A stretch of DNA of 45,620 nt from NCBI GenBank assembly GCA_001724265.1, contig MEDY01000246.1, positions 1 through 45,620 of the forward strand, read 5' to 3'. A program made the translations under genes and the position numbers. The DNA comes from Rhizaria sp. SCN 62-66 (Eukaryota). Positions 11,317-25,200 of the stretch are shown piece after piece; position 1 is the first letter of the stretch; each line of letters begins with the position of its first letter. Under the pieces are notes generated by a model that searched no databases, had not been told where the DNA came from, and saw only the letters and a list, made by a program, of their open reading frames with translations.

Positions 11317-14300
11317 TCACAGCTCCTCACTCTTGACCGCCTTCTTCTTCTCGGCAGCAGTCTTCGTGCGCTGGTCCTTGGCTTTCACATCCTTGTTCTC
11401 ATGCGCCTGTGCGGCCTTCATGGCGGCCTCAAGCACGCCATCCTTGGTTGCGTCACGCATGGCCTCCTTGGCGGCCCGCGCGGCGCGCACGGCGGGCAGC
11501 AGCGCGTCGTCTGTCCGCGCGTTCTGCCCCGACTGGAAGAGCCGGCCCAGCACGGGCACGGCGCCCGGGTCCTCAACCGAGGCAAGATACAGCCCCGTCC
11601 CGGCGACGATGTACAGCACCATGTACAGCAGCAGCATCGGCGTCGACAGCCACCCGCCGCCGTTACGGTACTCCGCGCGGCCCCACCAGCCCGCGCGGCC
11701 GCCGCCTAGCCCCGGCAGCAGCGCGCGGCCGCCCGAGCCGGCCTCGGCGGCGGCCTGCCCTCCCAGCGCGCCGCCCTCAGCCAGCGCGGCCGCGGCGGAC
11801 GCGTGCTTGCCCAGGTAGGGAAACAGCAGCCCGGCGTCGCGCGCCTTCTCGAACGACACCTCCTGCATGCGGCGCCGCTGCCGCTGCCGGATAGCCGCCG
11901 CAATCTCGGCCGCGCGCGCGCGCTCGCCGCGGCCGCCCAGCAGCGCCGTCGACACCACGGCCGCGGCCGCGCGGGTCAGCACGCCGCCCACGCCGGACTT
12001 GCCGTTGCCTTTGTCACTGTTCGCATGGCCGCTGTTGGCCACGTTGACATTCGTGACACCGGTGTGCGAGCCCCAGCCGCCGTCCTCGGCGTCGTCGCCG
12101 TTGCCGGCGCCGCCCGCGTCGTCGCTGAGAGCCTGAACCGACTTGTACAGCCCGCTGCTGCCGGCATTGGCGTTGGCAGCGTTGCTGTTGGCCGGCTGCA
12201 GCAGCGTGTCGCCCACGCGCGCGAGCTTTACCGGCACGGGCAGCCCCGCGCCCGCGGGCCCCGCCGCGGCGGCCGCGGCCTCGGCCCGCGCCAGCGCGGC
12301 CCCCAACGCGTCGGGGTCGAACTGCAGCTCGAAGACGTTGTGCTCTGCGCCGCGCGCGTCGAGCGCCAGCTCCCAGAGCCGCGTCGCGTTGGGCAGCGAC
12401 ACGGGCTCCCAGCGGTATTCGCACCGCTCCGAGGGCGCCAGCGCGGAGACCGGCAGCACCTTGCGGGGCTCGTTAGTAGTCGCACCAGAGCCGTCAGCGG
12501 CAGCGGCAGCGCCGGAGCGGAGGGCGGCGGCGAGCGCGGCGACGGCGGGGTCGCTGTTGGCCGAGTCGCCACCATTACCATTGTCGTCGACGAAGACGTC
12601 GCTGGGCGCGACGCGGACCTCGCGCCAGAGCGTGATCGCCGCGGCCTCAGTCGGGGTCAGTTCCAGCGCGGCGAGCGCGGCGGCGGCGACCTTGAGGTCA
12701 GTGAGCGTGAAGTTCTTGCTGAAGTCGTCGACGACGACGCGCACGGGGCGCCGCCGCGGCTCGTAGTCACGGATCAGCGCGCGCCAGTTGGGCGGGGCCG
12801 CAGACTTCGCGTGCGCCGCCAGCGACGCGTAGTACTCGTCGATCTCGGCGTCGGCGGCGGCGGCCTCCGCGTCGTCCTCGTCCTCCTCGCCCTTCTTGTC
12901 GCCGGACTTAGCGCTCGCGGCGGCGGCGGCGGGGCGGCGCGGGCGGTCGCCGGCGTTGCGGCGGCGCAGCGACTGGCCCTCCGCGCCGCTCTTGCCGTTG
13001 CCGGCGCTGTCACTGTTGGAGTCGCTGTCGGAGTCGGAGTCGTCCTCGTCGCTGTTGTCGCCGACGTAGGCCGTGCTGCTGGCATTCTCGGCCCCGCGAC
13101 GCGCGGCAGACGTGGCCGCGTCCTCGGCCACAGCCGCCTTGCGGGCCGCGCGCGCGTTCGCCGCCTTGGCCTTGCTGCCGCCGCTGCCGCCGGCAGAGCG
13201 GCCGTGGGCTGTGGCGGCGGCGGGGCGCGGGAGCGGGGGCGCTCGGCCCTGGGGCACGAGGATCAGCGGGCGCGGCGCGTTGGTCACGAAAAGCGTGATC
13301 GCGGCCGCGCGGGGCTCCAGAATCAGCACGGGCGGGGCCGCGGCATCCATCTCAATCACGCTCACCGCTGTGCCCGCTGCACCAGCGTGCGAGCTGGCGT
13401 TGGTCCCGGCGCCGGCGGCCGCGGCGGTGGTGATGTCAATGACGCCGGCGTCGTCCGCGGCGGCGGTCGCGGAGGCCGAGGGGTAGGCTGCGGTGGCGCC
13501 CGCGCGGTCCGCGTAGTCGGGCAGCACGTCCTCCAGTGGGTCCATAGCGCTCGGCGCGCCCTCGAGCCTGAAAAAGCGATAGAGCAAAAATAACGAAAAG
13601 TATATCAAAATGATGAGGTACTATAAAATATAATGAAACAGTTACAATACGTAATGCTACGCGTTAAAACTGAAAATGAAAGCAATACGTTCATGTTTTG
13701 ATTGTGCAAGGTGTTGCCGCGTACCTGAGCGAGAGGTCCTTCCACTGGACGCCGTGCGGGAGACGGCAGCCGAACATGCGGTAGAGGCGCTGCACGCAGT
13801 AGATAAGGTTCTGCGCACACAGCCGCGGGAGCCCGTAGACGGGCAGCGGGGCAAAGATGCCCGGCAGACGGATGAAGCAGTGCGTGCCCTTGGCCGTGGG
13901 CGCGTCGCCAGGCCCGTTGTGGCCCATCATGATGGGACACATGCGGTATGCCTAAACATAAACATAGTGAATTAGGAATAAAATACATTTAAAAATTAGC
14001 TTAAAATAACGATATAAACATAAAAGTACATCCACAATGACATTGATGCGATTTGAACTCGATATGCCTCATCGAAACAGGATGTTGTCGTTGTTTTTGT
14101 TTTCGAGCGTACCTGGTCGTAGGTCATCTTGGCCTTGGCGACGAGCTTGTGTCCGGGCGGGATGCGCGGACGGTAGCGCCCCGCCAGCGCGGGATCGCGC
14201 GACTCGCTGGGGTCGGGCTGGATCGCCGCCAGCGCGCGCTCCCGGGCCATCGCCTCGGCCATCGCGCCGCTCATCCCCCCACTGTTGCCACTATTAGCAC

Positions 14301-15261
14301 TGCTATTAGCGCCGTGGCCGTGGCCGTCGTCGCTGGCCTCGCTTGCATTGGGCGGCAGCGGCTGGTCGGGCGTGAAGAGCAGCGAGGGCGTCATGGCCTC
14401 GTAGCTGCCTGGCGCGGGCGCGTCGCGCGGCTGCAGTACCAGCGACATGCGCGGCGCGTCGCGGGCGCGCGGCTCGAACATCGACGTGCCGTCGGGACGC
14501 AGGAACAGGATCGGCGTCAGGAAGAAAAAGTCCAGCGTCGTGTCCAGCATCGTCGAGAAGGATCCCGGGTCGTCTTCAAGCGGGGCGGCGGCGCGCAGCT
14601 TGTCGTCCTCCTCGCGCTGCTTGAGCGCAGCCATCTTGGCCTTGATCGCGTCGTAGGCCGCCTGATCAAAGCCCTCACCGTCGCCAAAGCCCTGCGCGTT
14701 CAGCAGCGCCGCAATCGGGTCCGGTACACCCGTCGCGGCGGGCGCGGCGCCCGCAGCGGAGCCGGCGGCGCTGCTGCTGCCAGCAGCAGCGGAAGCCGCA
14801 GTGTTGGTGTGGGCAGCGGAGCCGCCTACGCTGGCGGAGAATGCCGAAGCCAGTGCAGCGGCGGCCGCGTCAGGGTCGTCGCTGCGCTGGAACAGCTGGT
14901 CCAGCCCGCGGGCCATAGACGCGGCGGCGTTCAGCCTATTTGACGAAGCAAGACAACGCGATGTTTAGGTGATGAGTAAGCATCGGTACGTTCAAATGGA
15001 GTGAGTACATGGCAAGCATAATGTCGGATGTCAAAGTTATTTTTGTAGTATACGACACAAATACACGTGTTGAGCAGACATGGCAGGGTGTGCGATGAGT
15101 ACGTATGTGATATGGCGTAGATGTGTTGGTGCGTACCTGAATGCGTCGGGAATCTGCGAAGGGTGGGTGGTAGGGGAGCGGGCGGCGGCGGCGCGCTTGG
15201 CCGCGGCCGCGGTTGCAATCGCGGAGGCCGTGTTCGCGTCCTCGCCGCGGTTGGGCGCCAT
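11317..15261 (-). CDS. Unknown protein with one C-terminal transmembrane helix; exons 15261-15137, 14935-14113, 13951-13725, 13567-11317
   Basis: Four GC-rich blocks are joined phase-consistently by three GTACGC...AG introns. Hydrophobic segment PMLLLYMVLYIVAGTGLYLASV. The protein ends ...KSEEL then TGA. Confidence 0.78.
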
Positions 15262-15666
15262 AAAGTCGTGCGGAAGCATCGTGGGCCAACGAAGGAAATG
15301 GCTGGGAGCTTCGATGCGGCGCAAGCTAGGAGAGTTCGAGAGAGTGGAGCTGAAGGGAGCATGCAGAGGAATAGAGGTGTGAGATCAGCTTGAAGAGGAA
15401 TTTATTTTTGGATTATATAGAATCGTGGTCGCTAAAAATAAATACACTGTAGATTCACGAATTGACGACCGATTTACTGAGATTCCGGTTGTTTTTGATA
15501 GCTGATTCAAACCGTTCAAATTTGTCGACCACCTCGTCGTGACCAACGCAGTGGTACATTATCAGAGTTATGATTTTTCAACATGCTTCTTGGAAGTCTT
15601 ACGTAAAATAAGTTCAATGTATGTATTATATAAGTTAAGTTCTATGATAAATTTAGTTCCTTTCGT

Positions 15667-18615
15667 TCATTCGAGTCCGACGCCGAGCGCGGCCCCCAGC
15701 GCCGTGCGCGAGGTCACGAGCGGCGTTGGCGGCGGGCGCATCTTGAGCGCGACCCTGCTTGCGTCGAAAACACCCGGGCGCTCGCGCTCGCGGTCATGCT
15801 GCTGCTGCGCCGCCACGCACCCAGGCGGCACAAAGGTTGAGGCTCGCGCGGATGCCTTGGTCGGCTGCATGTACCGTGGGGCCGCTGAGGCCTCCGGCTC
15901 GCCATTGTTACCGTGATTGATACCCCTGTTGCCACCGTCCGCCTCATGTGCTGGGCGCCCATAGTGCTGTTGCTGTTGCTGTCTAACGGTGCCGCCGCTG
16001 TGCGAGTCGCGTTCAGTGCCAGATCCAGCACCCATAGTCTCGCTATTGTGCGCTTTGCTCTTGTGTGTACTGTTGTTTCTGTTGCCGTACCCGTCGTGCT
16101 CGTGCTCCTCGATGCGCCGCTGCAGCTCCCAGTACGCGCCCAGCGCGCGGTAGTCCTCCTGCGCGTAGCTGCCGGGGCCCGGCACATCCAGCCCCGTCGT
16201 AAGCGTCAGCCCGCGGCCCTTAGAGCCCTTTCTCTGGATCCGGCTCGGGCTCGCGCTATGACTATGCTGACCCTGGCTGTTTCTCGCCTTCTCCTGCCGC
16301 GCCCGCTTGGCCTCATCGGCGGCAGTCAACGCGACGAGCGTGCGCGTCTTGGGCCGCATCAGCCCGCCCCGCGGTGGCGGCGACCCTGGCCCGCGCGCCG
16401 TTCTGCCCCAGCTCCATGACTCCCCTGTCACGGGGTCCCGCTCGCCCCCTGCCCCGCCCATAGTAGCGCCCGCGTCCTCGGCGCCACCGCACAAGCGCGG
16501 CCGCGGCTCCGGGTGAACCACGGGCGGGCCCTCTGGCGCGGGGAAGCCGTAGGGTCCAGTCCAGTGGCGCGCGCGCCGGGCCTCGAACTGCTCTCGATCG
16601 CGCTGCTGCCGCGCCGCGACGGGGGCCCACACCGCGGCCGCGGGATCCGCGAGCGGCCCGCGCGTGTCACCGCGGCCGGGGCCGTACATGCTCGCGCCCG
16701 GGGCCAGCGTGGGCGCGTGCGAGGCCTGCGTGCGCGCGCCTATCGTCGATGGCGGCAGCGGCGGATACGGGGACACTGCTGCCGCAGCCCCAGTGCCAGC
16801 GCCAGGTGAGCCAGTGCTCGAGGCCTGCGCGGTGTGGGGAATGGGGAGCGTGGCAGTGAGCGGCTGGTTGGGCACGAGGCGGTGGTACATAGATAGCGGC
16901 AGCGGCGGGACCTGGGGAGGGGCGGACTGCCGCGGGCTAGACTGCTGCCGCGGGCTCTGCTGGGGCTGCTGCTGTTGCTGCTTTTTGTCGGGTTCAGCGT
17001 TGGGTGTGGTGTTCGGAGCCTCAGGCTGAGTCTGGGGCTGAGGGTCAGCAGCAGCCAAGCTCGCATCAGCCTCAGCACCATCCTTAGTCTCCACTTCGGG
17101 TGCAGTCCCGGTTGTTGCAGTAGCTGGCTTCTCAGTGCCAGTGCCAAAGCCTTGCTCTTGCTGCTGCAACTGAGTCTGCGACTGCGGCTCCGACTGCGAC
17201 TGTGAGCGCGAGTGCGCAACGGCTTGACTTCCATCCGCAGCCGCAGCAGGCGCATCAACATGAGTCTTTGTCTCATCGCTCTCAGTCGGGGCGCTCTCTG
17301 CAACCGCCTCGTCCTCATTCGGCGCCGCATCGCTGGTCTCGGGCCCTGGCCCTGGCCCTGGGCCTGGCCCAGACTCAGGCCCTGGCCTTGGCACTGGCAT
17401 ACCCAGCCTGGCGGCAATGACGGCGGCCGTCTGCGCCCTCGCGTGGCCGGGGGCGACCCAGGTCGACGCCACGTGGTGCGGCCACGTCACGCGCGGCGCC
17501 TTGTCCCACACGGCGCCCGCGCCCGCGGGCAGCGGCAGCCCTGCGGCCGCGGCCGCCGCGGCGGCCGCGGCGGCGGGCGTCGAGCAGGGCGGCGCCGCGG
17601 GCTTCACGGCGGCCGCGCGCGGGGAAAGCGCACGCGGCGGCAGCTGTGACGCCAGCGCCAGAGCGCGCGGCAGCGAGGCGCTGAACGCGACGGTGCCCGG
17701 GCCGGCGGCGGCGTGACCAGCGCTCGCGTGACCAGTGCCCGCGGGAGAGTGAGCGTGCGCACTGCTGGCGCTGTCGCGCAGCGGGGTCGTCACGGTGGCG
17801 ACGAAAGGAGGCGGCGGGCACGCGTAGACCGACGCGCCGGGGTTCCACGTGCGGCTGAGACCCTGCGAGTGACCGTGAGCGGCACGTGTTCCGCTGCTGT
17901 AGTGACCGAGAGCGCCACGAGCGGTATTGCTGCCGCCAGGACCGCCCGCGCGGCTGCAAGCGCCGCCGTTCTGACTCCCGTCCTCGCTGCCGTACCCGTT
18001 TCTGTGATTGCAGCTGTAACCGTTGTTGTTTGCAGCTGCGGCGGAGCGCTGCGACAGCGTCCGTGAGAGCGTCATGAGGCTCTTAGCAGCGTCGGGATTG
18101 GCAGCCGCGACACGCCGTAGCCACGGGGCGTTGGGGTCCAGAAACGGCCGCTCGCTCCCGCCCTGGCTATCGCCGTCTCGCTGCTGCGTCGCAGCGGCAG
18201 CGGTGGCGGCTTGTGTGGCGGAGAAGGTGGCCGTGTGTAGGCGCGCGAGCGGGTGGAACACCGGCCGGCCCTGCTGCCCGCCGTCCCCCGTCGCCTGCGG
18301 CGGCTGCTGCTGCAGGGCGCGAGCGCGCGCGCGGGCGGCGCGGTCCTCGTCGGCGCGGCGGGCTGACACGGCGGCGGCCTGGGCCACTGCGGCTGCGAAC
18401 CCGGCCGAGGAGACGGGCGGGAACGTGTAAGGGTATGAGGGCACGGCCGGGGACCGCGGAGACGCGGGCGACACGGCACCGGAGCCGCTGCTGGCGTACT
18501 GGCCGGTGTTGGTATACTGGCCGGTGTTGTGGTGGGCGCTGGCGTCGTACTGAGCGGTCTGATGCGGTGAATACGGCCCATCGCCCTGGGGCGCCGCCGA
18601 AGCGCGATATGACAT
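15667..18615 (-). CDS. Low-complexity 982-aa protein with a PGPGSY motif (possible SHIPPO/STPG-ODF3-like axonemal protein)
   Basis: Long single ORF in a GC-rich block flanked by AT-rich DNA. It has one clear DVPGPGSY motif and ends TGA. The family call is weak. Confidence 0.65.
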   Translation of the reverse strand: MSYRASAAPQGDGPYSPHQTAQYDASAHHNTGQYTNTGQYASSGSGAVSPASPRSPAVPSYPYTFPPVSSAGFAAAVAQAAAVSARRADEDRAARARARALQQQPPQATGDGGQQGRPVFHPLARLHTATFSATQAATAAAATQQRDGDSQGGSERPFLDPNAPWLRRVAAANPDAAKSLMTLSRTLSQRSAAAANNNGYSCNHRNGYGSEDGSQNGGACSRAGGPGGSNTARGALGHYSSGTRAAHGHSQGLSRTWNPGASVYACPPPPFVATVTTPLRDSASSAHAHSPAGTGHASAGHAAAGPGTVAFSASLPRALALASQLPPRALSPRAAAVKPAAPPCSTPAAAAAAAAAAAGLPLPAGAGAVWDKAPRVTWPHHVASTWVAPGHARAQTAAVIAARLGMPVPRPGPESGPGPGPGPGPETSDAAPNEDEAVAESAPTESDETKTHVDAPAAAADGSQAVAHSRSQSQSEPQSQTQLQQQEQGFGTGTEKPATATTGTAPEVETKDGAEADASLAAADPQPQTQPEAPNTTPNAEPDKKQQQQQPQQSPRQQSSPRQSAPPQVPPLPLSMYHRLVPNQPLTATLPIPHTAQASSTGSPGAGTGAAAAVSPYPPLPPSTIGARTQASHAPTLAPGASMYGPGRGDTRGPLADPAAAVWAPVAARQQRDREQFEARRARHWTGPYGFPAPEGPPVVHPEPRPRLCGGAEDAGATMGGAGGERDPVTGESWSWGRTARGPGSPPPRGGLMRPKTRTLVALTAADEAKRARQEKARNSQGQHSHSASPSRIQRKGSKGRGLTLTTGLDVPGPGSYAQEDYRALGAYWELQRRIEEHEHDGYGNRNNSTHKSKAHNSETMGAGSGTERDSHSGGTVRQQQQQHYGRPAHEADGGNRGINHGNNGEPEASAAPRYMQPTKASARASTFVPPGCVAAQQQHDRERERPGVFDASRVALKMRPPPTPLVTSRTALGAALGVGLE

Positions 18616-19228
18616 CAGTTACGACACGCTGCGAAAAAAGAACCTCGGATGTAAGGAGACACCTGCGCGACTCACACTAAGAGCGCGTTGTTATGCCGGC
18701 AAAATAAACATATGGGGGAATAGATAGATATGGTTGATGTGTGTGAGAAACGACCTGAGGTTGGGCCATTGCAAAAGTAATGTACGTGTAAACGAAGGCC
18801 TTGCAGTCTTATGTTGGCGGAGTAAAAGTGCAATTATATAAATAATTGTGTCTATAATACTAGGCATATTGTCCAACGAGCAATGACGGTCTATGCGTTT
18901 TCAGATAACTCTTGTAGTACGACACACTCGAAGTTCAATCAAGTTTGGCTTTGTAGCGTCCATGCAATCACTTTCCGCGGAAAATGCACACAATCGCAGG
19001 CCAAGTCAGATTTCTAGCGCAGCATCCTGAAATTTCAGCTATGGTTTGAGTTGTTCAAGGCAGACATTAATTCGAAATATCGACTGGTAGTGCGCATAAT
19101 CCTGCTTTTCTCACCATGATCATCAATTCTCCCAACGTCTCTTATTCTCTTCTTCCTCCCTACCGAGCACACACACCGCCTGAATCCCTCTGCAAACTCA
19201 GTGCTCGCCTTGCGTATATACCCCCACG

Positions 19229-22200
19229 ATGTCCCGCCCGGGCCTCAACGGGCTCCGCGCGTCGGACGCGCCCTTGACGCTGGCCGCCCTTAGATCGGCC
19301 TCGTTGCCACTCTACCCGCTCCTCTCGGCCTCGCTCGCCGCCTCCATCGCGGACTCGGCCCGCGCCTCGTGCGCCCCCGCGGACGACGACAGCGATGACG
19401 GCCCGCTGACCGAGCTGCTCCCGCCCGGGCGCCGCGCGCTGGCGGCCCCCGCGCCGGCCCCGCGCCGCGGCCGTCTCTCGCGCCTACTCGCGGCGCCCCT
19501 GTGGCCGCTGCCCAAGGACGCGTCCCCCGTTCGCTCCCCTGACGCATCATCAGCCTCGGACAACACGGCCGACGACGACAGCGAAGACGCCAGCAGCGGC
19601 GCCGACCACCGCCGGCGCCGGCGCCGGCGCCGCGTCGCTGTAGCCTTCGCAGCTGCCACGCGCGGCCGGCCGTGCCCCGCCTACTGGCTCACGCAGGACG
19701 AGCGCGCCAGGCGGCTTGACTTCCTGCAGAGGCTGAAGCGCAGGATTGACGCCGAGATCACGGTGCTCATGGCCGGCGACTGCGAGCTGCCGCAGTCGGG
19801 CGGCGCGAAGCACGCCCAGAGTAACAACATCGACAACGAGAACGATGACAGTGATGGACACAGCAGTAGCGACGACTCTCATGCAGCCTCTGGCTCCGGC
19901 TCTGGCTCTGGCTCTGACGATGCTGATGCGGAGGCTGGATCTACCGCTGTTGTGACAACGAAGGCCGGCGCAGAGACCGCCCGGTGGGACGCTGAGCTCG
20001 TGCGCCTCTTCGGCCCCCTGCCTCCGACTCGGCTCCCTCTGACTACGGCGAGTCAGCATCAGAATGCGGACACGGTTCGTCACACCGACGACTCGAGCAG
20101 CACCAGCAACGGCAACAACAACAGCGCTGCTGACGAGGGCGCGTGCGCCGATGGCTACGCCAAGAGCTCTGACGATGTCAGCAACTCCGCCGACAGCGGC
20201 CGTGTCCGCAAAGCCGCTGCCCGTGCCGCCCGCGCCAGCGCCCGCGCCAGCGCCCGCGCCCGTGCCCGGGCCTGTACGAGCGCGCTGCAGCGCCGCGTGT
20301 TTGGCACGTGCGCCTACATGGGAGTCCCCAACGCGACGGACAAGGGCGTCTACCTGGACCAGCACGTGTACCTTCCCAGCGAGGCTATCGCCCAAGTCTT
20401 CGCGTCCGGCGCCAGCGCAAGTGCCGCGAGAGGCAGCGAGAGCAACATCAGCATTAGCAGCAACAGCAACAGCAGTACCAGTGTCAGCGCCACGAGTTGC
20501 GCTGTGAGTGCGAGTGCCGCGCCGTTGGTGGCGCTGGCGCCTCTGCCGGTCCCCTCGTCTCTCGCAGCGCTGGCGCACACGGACCAAGCGCGCGGTCCCA
20601 ACACTGCTAGCGCGAGCTCTCTGAGCAGCAGCGCTCGCGCCGCCTCCGTCGCGGCGCTGCCCTTCGTACCGCTGCCGCTGCCGCCGTCCTCGGCCACCGC
20701 GGCCCTGCTGTGCGCAGTGGCCACGCCCTCGGCGCTGGCCCCAGGGCGCAACTGCGCACTCGCCCGCCCCGCCGCGGCCGCCTTCGCGCGCTCGTTCAAC
20801 TCCTGGGCCCTTGCCACGCTTGCCGCCAAGACGCGCAATGCCACTGGCCCGAGCGCGTGCTCGACACATGCGACTGCGCCCGTGTCCGTACCTGTACCGG
20901 TGCCCGCGGCGTGCGTGGCCGCGGGCGCCGACGCGGGCGCCATGGACGCGCTGCTCGGCGTCCTGGCCACGGCAGGCGCCGCACTTAGTGAAACAGCGAA
21001 TATCATTCATACCGCGTCCTCACCCACCGCTGCTGCTGCTTCTCATAGCACGAGCGCGGACAGCATCACGTACGCCCACGCGATTGTCGCCTGCGCGACC
21101 GACTGCGCCAGCGCCAGCGCCGGTGCCGGCGCCGGCGCCATCGCGCCCCCCGCGGCCGTGCCGACCGCGCTGGTGCCTGTCGAGGCCGCGGCGGCCGCGC
21201 TCGCGGAGGCCCACTTCGCGCGCTCTCTGCTCGCACACGCGCGGCGCAGGTTCGCCCACGGCTCTGCAGCCGGCGGCTCTGCAGTCAGCGGCACCGCGGC
21301 CAGCGGCTTCGCAGCCGGCGGCGCGGCGCCGGCGCCGTGGCAGGAGCAGTGGCGCGCGTGGACGCGTGAGCTCCTCGAGGAGGTCTGGCCCGGCGCGTCC
21401 GTCGCCTGCTCGCAGTCGCCCGCTGCGGCCGCGGCTGCCGCGGGTTCTTGCGGTGGCGGCTTCAGCGCTGATGCGGGCGCGGCGCTGTGGGCAGTGATGG
21501 CGCGTGCGGTGACCGCGCCGCCGCCGTTGCAGTACGGGACCGAGTACCTGGGCACGAGCACCGCGGCCAGCAGCAGCGACAGCGACGACAGCGACGTCAG
21601 CGGCAGCAGCAGCAACGAGAGCGAGGCGGCTGAGAGCGACCGGTCCGGCTCTGGCTCCGAGTCGCGGTCACGGTTCAAGTCGAAGCGTCGGTCTAAGCGG
21701 CTGGTTTCTGGCCACAGTAGTGACAGCAGTAGCAGCTACAGCGGCGACGATGATGACGAGGACGAGGACGAGGACGATGAGGACGCATACGACTCGGCTA
21801 ACGAAGACGACGATGCGAACGAGGATGCCGATGACGAGGACCACATCGAGGACGAGGACGATGACGAGGACGAGGGCAGCACCGGCGCAAACGATAGCGA
21901 AGAGGGCCACCTCTCCAGCTCCCAGTCGCCCTCCCGGCCGGGCTCCCCGGCGCTGTCGTCGAGCGCGGACTCCATCGAACGGCGCCTGGACGACCTGTCG
22001 TTCCTGGACCAGGCGCTTTTCGGCGACCGCGACCGGGGCGGCGCGGACCAGCACCTCAGCGACTGTGAGCGCGGATGCGCAGAGACGCACCGCAGCCGCA
22101 GTCAGCGCCGCCGCAGGAAGGCCGCTGCGTGCAGCGCGAATCCAGGCTCTGGCAGCAAGCAGCGCAAGCGCGCGGGTAGCAGCGGCGACGACGACGCGAG

Positions 22201-25200
22201 CGAGCATAACAGCACCGCGACCGTGGGCGCTGGCGAGAGGTCCGACGACCGCACTGATAGCGGTAGCGACGGCGGAATCAGCAGCGGGCGCGACCGCGAC
22301 CGCGATACCGGCAGCGACGCAAGCAGCGCGGTCGGCGTCGACGACGTCACGCTCACGGTCTCAAGGGGCCGTCGCTGCCGCGGCAGGCACAGCAGCAAGC
22401 GCAGCGACTCCCTCAGCCGCGACCAGGACGAGGATGAGGACGACGGCCGCAGCGACGAAGACGACGATGACGACGACGACGACGAGGAAGACGCTGACGC
22501 TGAGGGCGACGTCGACGACGAAGACCATGAACGCTTCGCGTCCCTCTTGGCTGGAGTCAACAGCAGCGGGGCCGAGGCCGACACAGAGACCGAGTCCGTG
22601 GGCTCACTCGCCCCTTCGTCGGCAGCGTCCTCCGTTGCCGAGCCGGAGCCGGAGCCCAACTCGGGCCACCAGTCGGAGCCAGAGCAAGGGTTGGAGCCGC
22701 AGCCGGAGTATGACGCGGAGATCGACACGGACGCGCAGACCAAGGCCGGCATTTGCGTCACTGTCGATGCCGCTGCCGACGGCAACCGAGGCGGCGCGCA
22801 CGACTCCGCCGCTGCCGCCCGCCCCGCGCCCGCCCCTGCTGGCGTCGGTTTCGGTTCTCCTTTGCCGCCGCGCGTGGCCGTGAGCGAGGCCGACAGCGGC
22901 AACGACGCCCCGCTCTCGCCGCTTTTCCGCTTCCCGCACGCCCGCCGCACCGGTCTTGCCACGGCAGCGGGCCGCAACTCCGGCGCCAGCGCGGCGTCCA
23001 GCGGCAGCGGCTTCGGCAGCGACCGGCGCGTGTCAACCGAGAGCTTGAGCGCGTTCTCCGACGTCTTCTCGCCGCGGCCCGTCACCGCAGCGGCGCCGCT
23101 CACGCCCAACTACGCGGGAGGAAACAGTGACAGCAGGCTCGGAGTGACTGCCAGTGGCGGCAGCGGTGCTGGTGCCAATGGTAGCGTGTTTTCGTCGCCC
23201 TACCTGCCCCTTGCCGGCCTCACGCACTCGCGCTCTCAGCCCACACCGATCCCCGCACAGGGGCTCAACACCAGCAATACCATCAGCAACAGCAGCAGCA
23301 GCAGAGACACACGCTCGGGCGTGTTGCAGACGCCGCACAGCACCGCGATCGCTCTGTCATCCCCGGTCGGCGGCAGAGCGGGCGCCACCGACGTCGCTCC
23401 CGGAGTGTTCGTGCCGACGGTGCGCCCGCTGTCGCGCTCGCGTCTGGCGCCGTCAACTCTCGCGCTGCTTACGGTCTTCGCATCCGCGACACCGACGAAG
23501 CTTGCGGACGCCGACTACGACTTCACCGCGCTCGCGGACGCCTTCAGTCGGTACAACCCACTCACGCCCTCGGTGAACAAGCCCGACAGCAGGGGCAAGG
23601 GCAGGGGCAGCGGAGGTGGCGTGGCCGCGGCCGCCTCGGGCCTGGTGTCCGCAGGCTCGGGGTTCTCCCTCGCATCGCTATTCTCGGGCAACAGCAACAG
23701 CAACAGCAGCAACAGCAGCAGTAATATTAGCAATAACGCGAAGAGCAAGCGTATCGTGTTCCCGAGCGCTACCTCAAGCGCAGCCGGCAGCAGCGGTAGC
23801 CGCTCTGCGAGTGCGACAGCGGTCGCGGCGGCGAATGACCGCGAGCAGCAGGGGGCGCAGGCGCAGGAGTGGCACGTGCCCCTGGACGCGGCGCTCACTG
23901 CATCGGCCGTGCTGCGCAACGGGCCCATCGAGACGCTCGCGACGCTCACGCTGCCGGTCACCGGCGGCCGCTTTGGCTTTGCGCCAGCGACCACGGCCGC
24001 CGCCGCTGCGGCCGAGGCGGATGCCGCGTCCTCGCCCGCCGCGGCCGCCGAGCAGCGCCAGCAAGCGCCGCCGCAGCTCATGTCCGCCGGCTCGCTGACC
24101 CGCAGTCCCATCGTCCCTAGCTGGACCGCTGCGACAGCGACAGCGACGGCGACAGGCGCGCACGCTCTGCCGCTGGCGGGCACGCGCCGGAGCGCGGCGT
24201 CGCTGCAGCGCGTAGGCGGCTTTCTACTCGACGACCGCGCGGACCCGCCTGACGCGCCGGCGACGACGCACCACGGTATCAAACGCTTTCCGGAGCGCTT
24301 CCCGTACGAGAGCAACGTGCTGGCGCTGTCGCGGCACTACGAGTTGCTGCGCCGCGTGGCGACCAACCACGACACGGTGGTGTACGAGGCGCGGTGCCGC
24401 GCGACTGGGCAGCGGCTCGCCGTCAAGGTCAAGGATGACGCCGCGGGCGACGCTGCGGACAAGGAGGTGAAGCTCATGACTGCTGTGCAGGGCCACCGGC
24501 TGTTCCCGCAGTTCGTCGGCTGGCATGCGTTTCCCGAGACCGGCACGTGCGCCATCGCGATGGACTTCTTCGACTTTGACGCCGTGGAACGGCTGTTCGA
24601 CGCGCCGCGCGACATCCGCTGCTACAGCTTCGCACTGCTGACCGCGCTGGCGGCGTTGCACGAGAGGAATATTATTTACCGCGACATCAAGCCGGCGAAC
24701 GTGCTGTGGAACCCCGAAACGCGGAGGACGAAGCTGATTGACTTTGACGTGTCGACATTTGCCACGGATCTGCGTGGACATAGGAAGCATGTGGGCACGG
24801 ACGGATATATGGCGCCCGAGGTGCTTCTTGTGAAGCACTGCAGAGTTAACAAGGTACGCATGACTCAAACACGCTCGCTATCATTTGTGTTATTATTTTT
24901 GTTTTTAATTGTCGCTAGCAACACTTCTTAAGAATCGATTTCATGATCGACTTCATGATTCCAACTTTTATTCATGTCTCTCTTTTTCTTCCGCTCTGCT
25001 TCACAGATTCCGTGCCCACTTCCCTCTGGTGGTTACTCATTCCCAGCCGATGTCTTCTCCGCGGGAGTTGTGCTGGCGCAGCTTTGCTTCCGCCGCACTG
25101 AGGAGTCGGTCAGCGACGACGCCGACTGCGGCGCCAAGCCGGGACGCTTCCGCGAGCGGGCGATGGAGATGGTCGCGCAAGGAGACGTACGTTGCACAGC

